Source: a virus
IMG/VR virus record: IMGVR_UViG_3300027730_000009
Coordinates: 1 to 64,000 of that record
Reading direction: 5' to 3' (one strand)
DNA: 64,000 nt
Position numbers and translations under genes: made by a program. The notes below the pieces were generated by a model. That model saw only the letters and a program-made list of their open reading frames with translations. It searched no databases and was not told the DNA's origin. Below, in pieces: positions 27,992 through 37,464 of the stretch (position 1 is the first letter of the stretch; every line of letters begins with the position of its first letter).

Positions 27992-28339
27992 ATGAGGTTA
28001 AAAATAGGGGATAATATCTTTAATGTAAAAGTTGTTACAAGTAATTTTGACAAAGCTCAAGGAATGATGAACAGAACTTTCACTGATGAGTTCAACGGAA
28101 TGTTATTTGTTATGGATGAAGACACCAGTTGTTTTTGGATGAAGAACTGTATAATCCCCTTAGACATAATCTTTATTGAAGGAACAACGATAACTAAAGT
28201 ACATCACAATTGCCAGCCTTGTAAGGATGAAGATTGTGATAGTTATTGCGGTAGAGGAAGATTAGTTCTTGAAATTCAAGGTGGTTCCGCAAATGAGCTT
28301 GACATAAAAAAAGGGGACCAAGTAAAACTTTTACTTTAG
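27992..28339 (+). CDS. DUF192-family protein
   Basis: GMM..GMLF..FWMKN..PLDIIFI..VLEI.GG. Confidence 0.85.
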   Translation: MRLKIGDNIFNVKVVTSNFDKAQGMMNRTFTDEFNGMLFVMDEDTSCFWMKNCIIPLDIIFIEGTTITKVHHNCQPCKDEDCDSYCGRGRLVLEIQGGSANELDIKKGDQVKLLL

Positions 28340-28366
28340 TCCCCATTTAATTTTAATTGGTTTTTA

Positions 28367-28756
28367 TCAGAACAAACCAAGTTTGGATAACCATCTTTCG
28401 AAAAAGTTACCTCTGATACCTAACTCAACCATTTTTTCATAAACACTCGGTCCAGGAATTCCATCCACATCGAGTTTCTCCATTTTTTGGAATTTCTTAA
28501 GTGCCTCAACCGTTGAAGGTCCCCACCTTTCATCAACAACTATTTTTGTTGGTATTTTTTTCATCTTAAAATATTCATTCAAAGCATTTTGAATTTCACG
28601 AACATCTCCCGATGATAGTTGATAACTTGAAAGTTGTTCATTGACCTTATTTTTTAAGTCTTTGACTTTCATTTCTACAACCACTTCTTGTTCTTTAATC
28701 ACATTGTCGATAATACGAGATAGTGCCTTTTCGGTGATACGGATATTTTTTTTCAT
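28367..28756 (-). CDS. peptidoglycan-binding (PG_binding_1) protein with leader peptide
   Basis: GDVREIQNALN..WGPSTVEALKKFQ..LDVDGIPGP; leader MKKNIRITEKAL. Confidence 0.8.
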   Translation of the reverse strand: MKKNIRITEKALSRIIDNVIKEQEVVVEMKVKDLKNKVNEQLSSYQLSSGDVREIQNALNEYFKMKKIPTKIVVDERWGPSTVEALKKFQKMEKLDVDGIPGPSVYEKMVELGIRGNFFERWLSKLGLF

Positions 28757-29121
28757 TCTAAAGTGAATAAGTATTTTCCTCTGTTTATTAACGCAACCAT
28801 CTCATCTCTTAGGTTTAACAAATCTGTGTCAAGGGTTGGGTCATAGATTTCATCAAAAGACAATAGGAAGTTTACCGAGTCATCAACAAACTCTTGTAAA
28901 GACATCTGTGATAAATCTTCAATCTCTAAACTCAAACCTCCAAGATATTCGGGTCTTCCGTGTTTTCCCATACATACTTCAGCAAATTCATCAACTAAAT
29001 TAACAAGTGCTTCGTATATCTTACCATAAGCCTTGTGTTTTGCATAGGAGAATGTCTGCCAATGCATAAATCTAAATTGCATTTGAATTTGGACTAACTT
29101 GGCTATAACTTCACTGTTCAT
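28753..29121 (-). CDS. phage ferritin/Dps-like protein (DUF5856-like)
   Basis: HWQT.SYAKHKA...DEFAE...NLRDEM..YLFTL. Confidence 0.8.
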   Translation of the reverse strand: MNSEVIAKLVQIQMQFRFMHWQTFSYAKHKAYGKIYEALVNLVDEFAEVCMGKHGRPEYLGGLSLEIEDLSQMSLQEFVDDSVNFLLSFDEIYDPTLDTDLLNLRDEMVALINRGKYLFTLE

Positions 29122-29151
29122 AAAAATTCTTTTATTATAAATACCTGAGAT

Positions 29152-29180
29152 AAGAAAAAACCCCCACTTTTGGTGAGGGT
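29152..29180 (-). terminator. Intrinsic terminator
   Basis: ACCCTCACCAAAAGTGGGGG plus TTTTTT; same stem-loop as at 936-957. Confidence 0.7.
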
Positions 29181-29186
29181 CTTTCT

Positions 29187-29312
29187 TTATTCTGATTGAG
29201 TCGAGAGTTTCTGAGCCTCTTGAATCATTAGGTCGGTACTGCCGTTGTATTTACAAGGGCAAGTAGGACGACCATGTTCCTTAAGAATTTGTTTTGCTTG
29301 TTCGAGTGTCAT
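29187..29312 (-). CDS. small protein (41 aa)
   Basis: Hand-translated MTLEQAKQILKEHGRPTCPCK...; flanked by TATTTATA and a terminator. Confidence 0.5.
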   Translation of the reverse strand: MTLEQAKQILKEHGRPTCPCKYNGSTDLMIQEAQKLSTQSE

Positions 29313-29369
29313 GTTTATAAATATTACAAAAATATAGACAATAAAAATAATTTGAAAATATAAATCAGT

Positions 29370-29765
29370 TTATTCCTTGTTGCAAATATAAAACCAAACC
29401 AAATCATTGTATTCGACCGCCAAAGTAATCAGAGCAGCATATCTTTCATCAAAGTGCATGGCAACATAACAACTCTTACCATCAGAATCTTTACACAACC
29501 ATCTTGATGTTCCAACAGACGCATCGACAGCGTTAACCACATGGTAATTCTGAGTTGTTTTACTATAAATAACAACCTTAGTTTGGTGAAGTTCAACCAA
29601 GATGTTGACCTCCTTACTGTCAATAATCCACTCTGTGACTGGACTGTTTTCATCTTGTCTTACACCCATTGAAGCGTTTTGTGCTCTGAGGTAAGTAATC
29701 TTAGTTTCCTGAGAAAATAAACTTGTGAAGGACACAAGCAAAAATAAAAGTAATAGTTTTTTCAT
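29370..29765 (-). CDS. secreted hypothetical protein (start revised)
   Basis: MKKLLLLFLLVSFTSLFS-Q signal peptide. Confidence 0.7.
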   Translation of the reverse strand: MKKLLLLFLLVSFTSLFSQETKITYLRAQNASMGVRQDENSPVTEWIIDSKEVNILVELHQTKVVIYSKTTQNYHVVNAVDASVGTSRWLCKDSDGKSCYVAMHFDERYAALITLAVEYNDLVWFYICNKE

Positions 29766-29857
29766 TATCAAATAAATAGATAATTGAAACCTAATAAAAA
29801 AACCCCACTCTTTCAAGGGGGGTCAAATTATTTTTTAAGCGGTCTAAGTTGTCTACT

Positions 29858-30259
29858 TTAAATTAATTTAATTTCAAACCTGTTTTTCATTTGTTCTAAC
29901 TTTTCTTCAGGTACTCCATGTTCGTTGACACCACCATGGCGGTTTTCCACAATCAAGGAATGAACACGATACCCATATTTTTCAGCCAACTTGTGGTAAT
30001 ATTCCATTTCCCACTCTTGGGTGAAAGTGTTTGATACAACAACAGGTGAATGTTCGTAATTAAACAAAAGCTCAACTTCGTTTTGACACCACATGTGTGC
30101 AAGTTTGATTTCAGATGGGTTGAACTTATAGTTCCCTTCCCTATCAACAAAATACATGTCAGTTTCTTTGTGACAATAGTCTTTGTTCCCCACAATCATT
30201 TTAGCAATTGTTGATTTACCCGAGTTTGGTAATCCTCTCAAGAGATATAGTTCTTTCAT
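29858..30259 (-). CDS. P-loop kinase (AAA_33, polynucleotide kinase-like)
   Basis: LLRGLPNSGKST, VVVSNTF, HGVP..KLEQM. Confidence 0.85.
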   Translation of the reverse strand: MKELYLLRGLPNSGKSTIAKMIVGNKDYCHKETDMYFVDREGNYKFNPSEIKLAHMWCQNEVELLFNYEHSPVVVSNTFTQEWEMEYYHKLAEKYGYRVHSLIVENRHGGVNEHGVPEEKLEQMKNRFEIKLI

Positions 30260-30260
30260 T

Positions 30261-30908
30261 TTACAGTCGTTTTTCGTGGTGGTCTTTTGGTAGGGTCAAT
30301 TTTCTGTGAAGACGGTCCTTCATAATGTTACGGATTTCCTCAAAAGAAATTGGGTAAAGGTCATTTCCGTCCACACCAACATCCATTGCTCGTCCTTCGT
30401 TGATACGAAGGTTAGGTGGAAGGTGAACATGACCATGAAGGTGAGCAACACCGTCATTCATACCATCCCAAGATGCAATCGGATAGTGCATACACACCAT
30501 AGAATATTTCAGAACCTCTTTACCGATTGGTTTGCGAATATCCAAGTGAAGGTAGTCCTGACAAGATGAAAAAATATCTTGGATATCTCCTTTGTTTCGA
30601 CGGATGTGATGGTCGTGGTTTCCGAAGGTCAGGTGAATGTTCTTACAAAGAATCCGACTACGAAACTCAGCGATGGATTCAAAACCGCCAAACGACCAGT
30701 CACCCAAGTGAATCAAAATATCGTCCTCACCTACCATCTCATTGATTCGGTTTACCAAAGTATCGTTCATGTGGTTTAAGGACTTATAATCACGGGTCAG
30801 GTTTTCAGCACCCACCCAATTGGTAGTAGCACGACAAATGTTTCCGTGGTTATAGTGAGTGTCTGATGTGAAAAACAGACCTTGCCCTTTTTCCAATACA
30901 ATTTTCAT
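30261..30908 (-). CDS. calcineurin-like metallophosphoesterase
   Basis: FTSDTH, HLGD, GNHD, HYP, HGHVH, DVGVD. Confidence 0.9.
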   Translation of the reverse strand: MKIVLEKGQGLFFTSDTHYNHGNICRATTNWVGAENLTRDYKSLNHMNDTLVNRINEMVGEDDILIHLGDWSFGGFESIAEFRSRILCKNIHLTFGNHDHHIRRNKGDIQDIFSSCQDYLHLDIRKPIGKEVLKYSMVCMHYPIASWDGMNDGVAHLHGHVHLPPNLRINEGRAMDVGVDGNDLYPISFEEIRNIMKDRLHRKLTLPKDHHEKRL

Positions 30909-30929
30909 AAGACAAAGATATAAAATATT

Positions 30930-32006
30930 TTACAACTTACGAAACTCAGGTTTGATTAATTTCCAAATGATTGGTTCTACATCCTTACCACCCAACATGG
31001 CAAATAAGATTGCTGGATGTTTAAACATTCGTGCACTTAGTGCAAAAAACTTTCGTATCCCCAATCCTTTTATTGAATCAAAGTGGTTTTGGTATTCCTC
31101 CTCAAGTTGGTTGAACTGAATAATCAATTCTTTCTCATACTCTTTGATTTTGCGGTAGAATTCATCAGGAACATGAGTTAAAATACTATCCATACTACCA
31201 CCCGATGACAATACCTCCCAAACCGCAGTGGTTGAAAGATTGGTCATGACCTTGTGGAGACGAACATATTCTTCAAACTTGATTTTCATCCTGAAGTTAC
31301 CAGGTTGGAATCTAAGGACAAAACCTTCTTTATTGGTCTCGTTCTTTTCTTTCAACGACTTGTATAACTCATCAGAGAAATTGAAATGTTGTTCGGTTTT
31401 AACCAAATCATCTTCTTCAACACCGTTAGCATGTAGAACCATCTTTGCGGTAGTCCAGTGTAGTTCGGTGTCGTCCGTTGGTTCCCATTTCCAACTCTCA
31501 TTCAAAACCACGGATAAGAACACAATTTTTTCTTCATCGTATCGAACAACAATTCGATTCGCTTCATAAATTATCTCCACTAAGTAGGCATATTCTTTTG
31601 ACCATGAAGCCAAAAAATACTTTGATTTAACAATCTCAAGACCTTTGATTGCTTGTTCAGAAGCAAATGAACCACGGGTTGCCATAATCCATTGGTCTTC
31701 GTAGTTGAACAAAATACCCAAAGACCCATCCATCTTTTCTTGGATGTAAACATAATCGCCCTTGGAAGGGATTACTTCCTTACCAATAACCTCCTCGTAG
31801 TTAAAGAATTTTTTAAAGGGGCGAACCAATATTTTACCAGTGGTATTCTCAGTTATAAGACCTCTACATTGCACCGTAACCTCGTCCCACAACCCTTCGT
31901 ACTGAACTTTCTCGGTGTAGTTCCATATAGTCAATGGAAGGGTGGGATGAGTTTGTTTGTACAACAACCCATCTTCATAATAACGATTAAGCGTCTCAAT
32001 AGTCAT
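30930..32006 (-). CDS. T4 Rnl1-like RNA ligase
   Basis: CRGL, RPFKKFFN, EKMDGSLG, ATRGSF, EII..NRIVV.Y, EGFV, KIKFEEY. Confidence 0.9.
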   Translation of the reverse strand: MTIETLNRYYEDGLLYKQTHPTLPLTIWNYTEKVQYEGLWDEVTVQCRGLITENTTGKILVRPFKKFFNYEEVIGKEVIPSKGDYVYIQEKMDGSLGILFNYEDQWIMATRGSFASEQAIKGLEIVKSKYFLASWSKEYAYLVEIIYEANRIVVRYDEEKIVFLSVVLNESWKWEPTDDTELHWTTAKMVLHANGVEEDDLVKTEQHFNFSDELYKSLKEKNETNKEGFVLRFQPGNFRMKIKFEEYVRLHKVMTNLSTTAVWEVLSSGGSMDSILTHVPDEFYRKIKEYEKELIIQFNQLEEEYQNHFDSIKGLGIRKFFALSARMFKHPAILFAMLGGKDVEPIIWKLIKPEFRKL

Positions 32007-32019
32007 TTAACAAACATAA

Positions 32020-32640
32020 TCAATTTAAACTATTTGGAATATACAAAATCGTCGGATTTTTTTTCTGAACATCTACCTCAGGATAACGCTCTTTAAACTT
32101 TTGTAGATTAAAGGGTGAGGCAATAATATGAAACCCAACCCTAGTTGGGATGAAAGTCATCTCAACTTCTTTACCAGTTTCACTTTGCAGTTCACTAATA
32201 TACCGACGCATTTCTTTATAAAAAGGTGCATGAGCAAAACCATCAATTGATATTCCATCGATATCGATAACCCATCGCTTTTCCAAAGTTTTCAATTGAC
32301 CCACAACAGAATCAAATAAATGTTGCTGGCGATGCTGACCGTTACGAATACGCTCAGCCAAAGCAACTAACATGTTCAACGACACATCGTGGTGACTTTG
32401 CTTTTGAACATGAATGTATGCCCTGGCTTTGAACATCTCACAAAGTTCTTTAATCTCTTCATACCTCTTTTCGAGATACTCAACACTTTCAATACAGTAG
32501 GTCTTTATCGTTCTAACTGATTGATGATTTGACTTATCAGTGGTTTGGTCTTTCTTACGCTTCAAAACATAAAGCATGTAAAAGTCCCCCTCCTTTTCGA
32601 AGTTAAGCAGAGACTTGATTTGATGTAGGTTGTCAATCAT
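32020..32640 (-). CDS. conserved phage protein, possible AEP (primase-polymerase) fold
   Basis: WVIDID and PTRVGFHII resemble AEP motifs I and II. Confidence 0.5.
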   Translation of the reverse strand: MIDNLHQIKSLLNFEKEGDFYMLYVLKRKKDQTTDKSNHQSVRTIKTYCIESVEYLEKRYEEIKELCEMFKARAYIHVQKQSHHDVSLNMLVALAERIRNGQHRQQHLFDSVVGQLKTLEKRWVIDIDGISIDGFAHAPFYKEMRRYISELQSETGKEVEMTFIPTRVGFHIIASPFNLQKFKERYPEVDVQKKNPTILYIPNSLN

Positions 32641-32724
32641 ATAAACAAAGATACTAAAAAGTTTCGAAATAAAAAAACCCCCACCTTTACAGATAGAGGT
32701 CTCTCATGAAATTAAAAACTCAAC

Positions 32725-33045
32725 TTATTCGATTTCGCTAATGTGGGTTAATTCTTTGGGACATTCCACCGACTGTAAAAGCCCGATGTAAAGGGGGATG
32801 TACTTCCGATTGATATAGTCAGCCCGTGATACGGCAAGTTGTAGGTTGTTTTCCACCACAGCTTGAACAAAACTACCACCGGGGTATCCTATGTTCCATT
32901 TGGTACAAAGTATACTTTCTGCGATGTTTAAAATGTGTTGGTATTCATCATCCGTGGGTGTGAATCCGTGGGTGAGGAACATTTCCCGAGCACAGTAGTC
33001 TTCAACCAACTGTCGAACTGTTTCGATTTGTTGAGTTTTGGTCAT
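32725..33045 (-). CDS. hypothetical protein
   Basis: PGGSFVQAVVENNL..AVSRAD; promoter TTTG-N20-TAGGTTTG at 33104-33073. Confidence 0.7.
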   Translation of the reverse strand: MTKTQQIETVRQLVEDYCAREMFLTHGFTPTDDEYQHILNIAESILCTKWNIGYPGGSFVQAVVENNLQLAVSRADYINRKYIPLYIGLLQSVECPKELTHISEIE

Positions 33046-33091
33046 GTTTTTAGTTTTTATTAATCAACAAGACAAACCTACAACAAAATTT

Positions 33092-33970
33092 CTATTCCGC
33101 CAAATCTTTTTCAAAATTAATTTTTTGTTGTTTTTTCTCATCAATAAACCCCTGAACTCTCTTTCGAGCAACTTCGGTGTAGTTGGGTGACAATTCAATT
33201 CCAATCCAACGACGGTCTAATACTTCTGCGGCGACCAAACTAGTTCCACTACCAGCAAATGGGTCCAATACAACATCATTCTTGTAAGTCAGAATTTTAA
33301 TTGCTTTGGTTGGGATGTCCATTGAGAAAGTAGCTTTGGTCATACTCTTGGTATCGGCAAAATAATTCCACTGTCCAAATACCAAGTCAATGAATTCTCT
33401 TTTTTGGTCTTCAGTATAAACCTTTTTTTGTTTGGTAACACCATTCTCATCTTCAACATCAATCCATTCGTTTGTCCATTGAGGTTTACCCTTAATTTTT
33501 TTAATGTGTTCTTTCTTGTAAGCTAAGATAACACACTCTTTCGGGTTGTAGATGTAAGGTGAACTTGGGCTCATCCAACTTCCCCATGCGGTGGTACGGC
33601 TACGGTGTGGTGACTCTTCTTCCAAATCAACGATTCCGAAGAATTTGTATCCGATTTGTTTCATAATCTGCCAAATTTCACTAACCATAAAAATTCTTCC
33701 ACCCTTATTTTGCCGATTAATTTCATAAGGAATATTCAAAGCAATCCTTCCATCATCTTTTAAAACACGGAAAGCTTCAGTCATCCACTTTTTTGTGAAT
33801 TCAAAATATTCTTCGGGTGTCATATCATCATCATGTACATCGTATTCAATACCAACCCCATATGGACAACTTGTAACAATCAAATCAACACAGGATTCAG
33901 GAAGGGTTTTCATTTCTTCAATACAATCTCCATTAATTATTGTACCGATAGTGTTTTCTAAATTTCTCAT
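33092..33970 (-). CDS. beta-class N4-C/N6-A DNA methyltransferase
   Basis: GDCIE..VDLIVTSCPY..VLDPFAGSGT..IGIELS. Confidence 0.9.
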   Translation of the reverse strand: MRNLENTIGTIINGDCIEEMKTLPESCVDLIVTSCPYGVGIEYDVHDDDMTPEEYFEFTKKWMTEAFRVLKDDGRIALNIPYEINRQNKGGRIFMVSEIWQIMKQIGYKFFGIVDLEEESPHRSRTTAWGSWMSPSSPYIYNPKECVILAYKKEHIKKIKGKPQWTNEWIDVEDENGVTKQKKVYTEDQKREFIDLVFGQWNYFADTKSMTKATFSMDIPTKAIKILTYKNDVVLDPFAGSGTSLVAAEVLDRRWIGIELSPNYTEVARKRVQGFIDEKKQQKINFEKDLAE

Positions 33971-34733
33971 AGTTTTGTTTTTTTCTTTCTAAACATATTT
34001 TACAATCTGAGTAAATGTAATTATAAAAATTTACATTATCCAATTTGTTTTGTATTTGTAATCTAATTTTATCATAAAGATTTATATTAATATTATTTCT
34101 CTTTAACTCTTCAACAACAAACTTTTGAAATTTTTCAGACGCTGAGACAATACTTGTGCAGTTTTTACTTTTTGTTGGATTGAAAGTGAATGACCCATCA
34201 CCATCAAAATATCCTCTAATGAAATGTCTTTTGAGATTATTTTCAATGTTAGGGGAATCAATTGTAAATGTTTTTCGTGAGTGAATACCTTGTTTTTTTA
34301 TTGAGTTTACCAATTTTTGTGAGTAAATTGCTAAGTGAACCATGTGAGACTTTGAAATCCCATCCTTGTATTTTACAGAATTATAACCCTCAACTATGAG
34401 ATGATTTGATTTCAAATGTTCTCTAAAAAGTTCTAAATGTTCAACATCCTTATAAGACAATTTTAATTCGAGCGAACACCCTGAAGACCTCTCCCGAATA
34501 TAACCATCCGCAAATAAAAAACCTAACCAGTATGCTTTCTCTTCGGAGTCAATTTTGTCAAAATAAGTTTCATCAACTTTATAACGCCGATTATCCAATT
34601 CAATACCATGATTTTTCAATATTCGTCTAATTGGCGAAATTGACACACCGAAAAATTGTGAAACTTTATGAATACTTCTAAACTCTCTGTATTTGGACAG
34701 AACTTCTTGTTCATTCAATAATAACTTCTCCAC
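33933..34733 (-). mobile_element. free-standing LAGLIDADG homing endonuclease
   Basis: AYWLGFLFADG and HFIRGYFDGDGS; N-terminal HTH; overlaps MTase start. Confidence 0.85.
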
Positions 34734-34938
34734 ACTAATAAATATGACTAAAAATCTAAAAAATTGGATTTATTTCATTTTCTAAGTTCATTAATTAATC
34801 CAAATACAAAAACAAGTAATATCAGTGGCCAACCAAGGACCACCAATATTATTTCAGTAAATTCAACTTCTTGTTGAGTTACAATCATAACATAATGGAA
34901 TAACATTCCAAATATCGAACCCCAAAGAAGATATAAAA

Positions 34939-35178
34939 TCATCGATTAGATTCCAAAAGTTGAATTTTTCTCTCTAAATACCAAAGAGCCTTTTTCAAGT
35001 CTTGGATTTCTTTGTCAGTTCCTTTTTTACCCGCCCGAGCGATGTACTTAAAAGTATTACCGAGATGGAAATCCATCTCAAGGGCTTCAATGACTTTAAT
35101 AACTTCATAAGTATTCGAGGCACCTCCGTAATGTTGAGGATGATTTACATATTCGTGGTTCGTGGTATGCTCAGACAT
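34939..35178 (-). CDS. DUF3310-family protein
   Basis: VNHPQHY..GNTFKYIARAGKK..QDLKKALWYL. Confidence 0.9.
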   Translation of the reverse strand: MSEHTTNHEYVNHPQHYGGASNTYEVIKVIEALEMDFHLGNTFKYIARAGKKGTDKEIQDLKKALWYLERKIQLLESNR

Positions 35179-35179
35179 T

Positions 35180-35809
35180 TTACTTCAGTTTTACTATAGG
35201 GCAATGATAGGTCTTCCATTCAGGATGCCAATAGAATCCTCCGTTTGCAGTTTGTTTATCTGGTCCGTCAATATGATTCAACTCAATAGTTTCGAAGTCA
35301 ATTTGACAGATAGGTGACAAAATGTCATATTCTTCTTGAGACATATGTAATCCTTTCTCGTCACCACGAGGATTATTAAAGAATGAAAGGACACCCCCCT
35401 CTTTAAGCATGTTAGGTGTATTCTTCAAGAAGTCCCAAATCTGTTCATCCCAAGTGTCGATGTAGATACCATCAAACTTAGGTAAGTATTTAAGAAACCA
35501 CTGCCAGTCTCCGTGTAGAATTTTTACATTGGATTTAAGGTGCCACCCGTCATCCATCATTTTAGTAAAGACATCTAAGTGGGGTTCAATAATCCAATGT
35601 TCGGTGTTGGGATATTTTTCAATTTCAGTGTCAATAATTCCCATTCCGAATCCTACATTGAGAACTCGTCCACCATTTTGGGTAATGACCTTTGCCGCTT
35701 GTTCCATAATTGGGCGTTCCCAATCCATCATTACCGCTTGTCCTGTTTCGTCCATTAACCTACCATCTTCAGTATAGGTTAGAGTTTGTTGGATATAGGG
35801 TTTACTCAT
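35180..35809 (-). CDS. Rmt2/GAMT-like class I SAM-dependent methyltransferase
   Basis: VMMDWERPIM, VLNVGFGMGIID, HWIIEPH, FDGIYIDT, SFFN. Confidence 0.8.
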   Translation of the reverse strand: MSKPYIQQTLTYTEDGRLMDETGQAVMMDWERPIMEQAAKVITQNGGRVLNVGFGMGIIDTEIEKYPNTEHWIIEPHLDVFTKMMDDGWHLKSNVKILHGDWQWFLKYLPKFDGIYIDTWDEQIWDFLKNTPNMLKEGGVLSFFNNPRGDEKGLHMSQEEYDILSPICQIDFETIELNHIDGPDKQTANGGFYWHPEWKTYHCPIVKLK

Positions 35810-35831
35810 TATTAGAAAAATAATTTAATCT

Positions 35832-36089
35832 TTATAGTAATTCAAAATAAAATTTGCCCAACTTGAGGGACTTCTTTAATCTGTTTCTAACAGAAAACAA
35901 AGGTTGTGTTGTAACGGATATTCCTCGACCGAAAAATCTTATCCAAGCAGTTCCTTTGGATAAAGAAAAAGCAAAGATAGGTAAACGAAAAATTCTTAGC
36001 GAAACCGCCCAATGGTGTCTGTTCATCACCCTATGTAGTTTTACGAACATAATACTCCTTTCCCATCGGACTTTCTTCGACCATATCAT
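35832..36089 (-). CDS. hypothetical basic protein
   Basis: ORF in a co-oriented run; start uncertain. Confidence 0.45.
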   Translation of the reverse strand: MIWSKKVRWERSIMFVKLHRVMNRHHWAVSLRIFRLPIFAFSLSKGTAWIRFFGRGISVTTQPLFSVRNRLKKSLKLGKFYFELL

Positions 36090-36225
36090 CCTCGATTAAC
36101 TTTTTCATTACTCTGTTGGTCACATCGTATTCTTGTTTGAGAATGTAACGAGCGATGTAACTAATATGAACAGGCTGACTAAGTTTGCTCATTAGAGTCT
36201 TGAGGGTGATTTGGTCGATTTCCAT
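36031..36225 (-). CDS. small winged-helix-like protein
   Basis: HISYIA...KLIEDDMVEE..YYV. Confidence 0.55.
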   Translation of the reverse strand: MEIDQITLKTLMSKLSQPVHISYIARYILKQEYDVTNRVMKKLIEDDMVEESPMGKEYYVRKTT

Positions 36226-36437
36226 TAGTCTTGTTTATTGGTTTTTTTCTTCTTCTTTGGTTTTTCTTCCACAACGGGAAGTATCTGAGTTCCACGGACT
36301 TCTTTTTTCCACTCTGACTTGGGCACGAACTCCCACACCCCTGTTGAAACCTTAAGGTCAGCTTCGAAGTCCTCCACACGGACAATATCCCCCACCTTAT
36401 AGGTGTTGTTAAGTTTGGTTGATTTAATACACTTCAT
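36225..36437 (-). CDS. hypothetical protein
   Basis: 70-aa ORF abutting the next gene. Confidence 0.6.
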   Translation of the reverse strand: MKCIKSTKLNNTYKVGDIVRVEDFEADLKVSTGVWEFVPKSEWKKEVRGTQILPVVEEKPKKKKKTNKQD

Positions 36438-36445
36438 AAAAATTC

Positions 36446-36646
36446 TTATTTTATATCTTGCTTAAAGATATTAAACAATTCCACATCTGTCAAACCCATA
36501 ATGTAACTTTCGTAAACTTTAAGGGTAAACTCATCATTAAAGAAAAGTGCATCGGCACTTCCAAAAAGTTTGGACACCGATTTTTCATTAAGATACTTGA
36601 TGGTTTGTTCTTTGGTTATAATCCGTTTGTTAAAAGACATAAACAA
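36446..36646 (-). CDS. hypothetical protein
   Basis: 66-aa ORF in a co-oriented run. Confidence 0.55.
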   Translation of the reverse strand: MFMSFNKRIITKEQTIKYLNEKSVSKLFGSADALFFNDEFTLKVYESYIMGLTDVELFNIFKQDIK

Positions 36647-36648
36647 TA

Positions 36649-37437
36649 TTACGAAATTAATTTGGAACTATCAAAGTGTTTAAAGTCTTTTAATGGTATA
36701 CTTTGAGTAAGGTACCCCACAATCTTTCTCTTAATCATCGGAATAAGAGTTTCTTCCATCGGAAATTTATTGTTTGTTGTAATCTCAAACAACGGCAATT
36801 TTTCAATGTCTTCGACATTTTCCCACGATGACCTCTCCAAACAGATGTCAAATATTTTTAATCCTTGAGGGTCACCCTCCCAAATTAAATCCATAATCAT
36901 TTTGGTTTCCCCTTTGGTGGTTCGGTTTTTTTCAAACCTGAATTCCCAAACTAAAACTTTTTTTAAATCCTTTATAGGGAAATAAACAAACCCCCGACCG
37001 CTATTGACAAACTTTTTGTTTTTCTTTAAAACAACATTGGTAGATTCGTAAACTATGTTCCAAATTGATTTACCAACATTGAAGACATCTAAAAGTTTGT
37101 TTCCCGAATACATAATCGTTTTTTCAATTTCGGCAAATTCATCCTCTGTTAGACCAGTAATTCTTTTGGGATATAGTTCCTTAAGAAGAATTTCATCATC
37201 AGGGGATTGGAACTTTTTATTAGTTAAAAGAAGTATTCTTTCCTTCATAAGGGACTGAAGGTTGGCTAAGTGTAAAGAGATTTCCACAAAGTCGGGGTAA
37301 ATCTCAAAGTTATCGAAACTTTTTTCACACTTTTGAAGGTACCCTAACAAAGTATATTTGTTATATTCAAAGTCAATAGGCTGAGTGAACATCCACTCAG
37401 GGCTTAACTTAAAATGTTGGTTTTTTCCTCTTCCCAT
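36649..37437 (-). CDS. hypothetical protein
   Basis: 262-aa ORF. Confidence 0.75.
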   Translation of the reverse strand: MGRGKNQHFKLSPEWMFTQPIDFEYNKYTLLGYLQKCEKSFDNFEIYPDFVEISLHLANLQSLMKERILLLTNKKFQSPDDEILLKELYPKRITGLTEDEFAEIEKTIMYSGNKLLDVFNVGKSIWNIVYESTNVVLKKNKKFVNSGRGFVYFPIKDLKKVLVWEFRFEKNRTTKGETKMIMDLIWEGDPQGLKIFDICLERSSWENVEDIEKLPLFEITTNNKFPMEETLIPMIKRKIVGYLTQSIPLKDFKHFDSSKLIS

Positions 37438-37464
37438 TTTTTAAAAAATAACAAACTAATCTTT

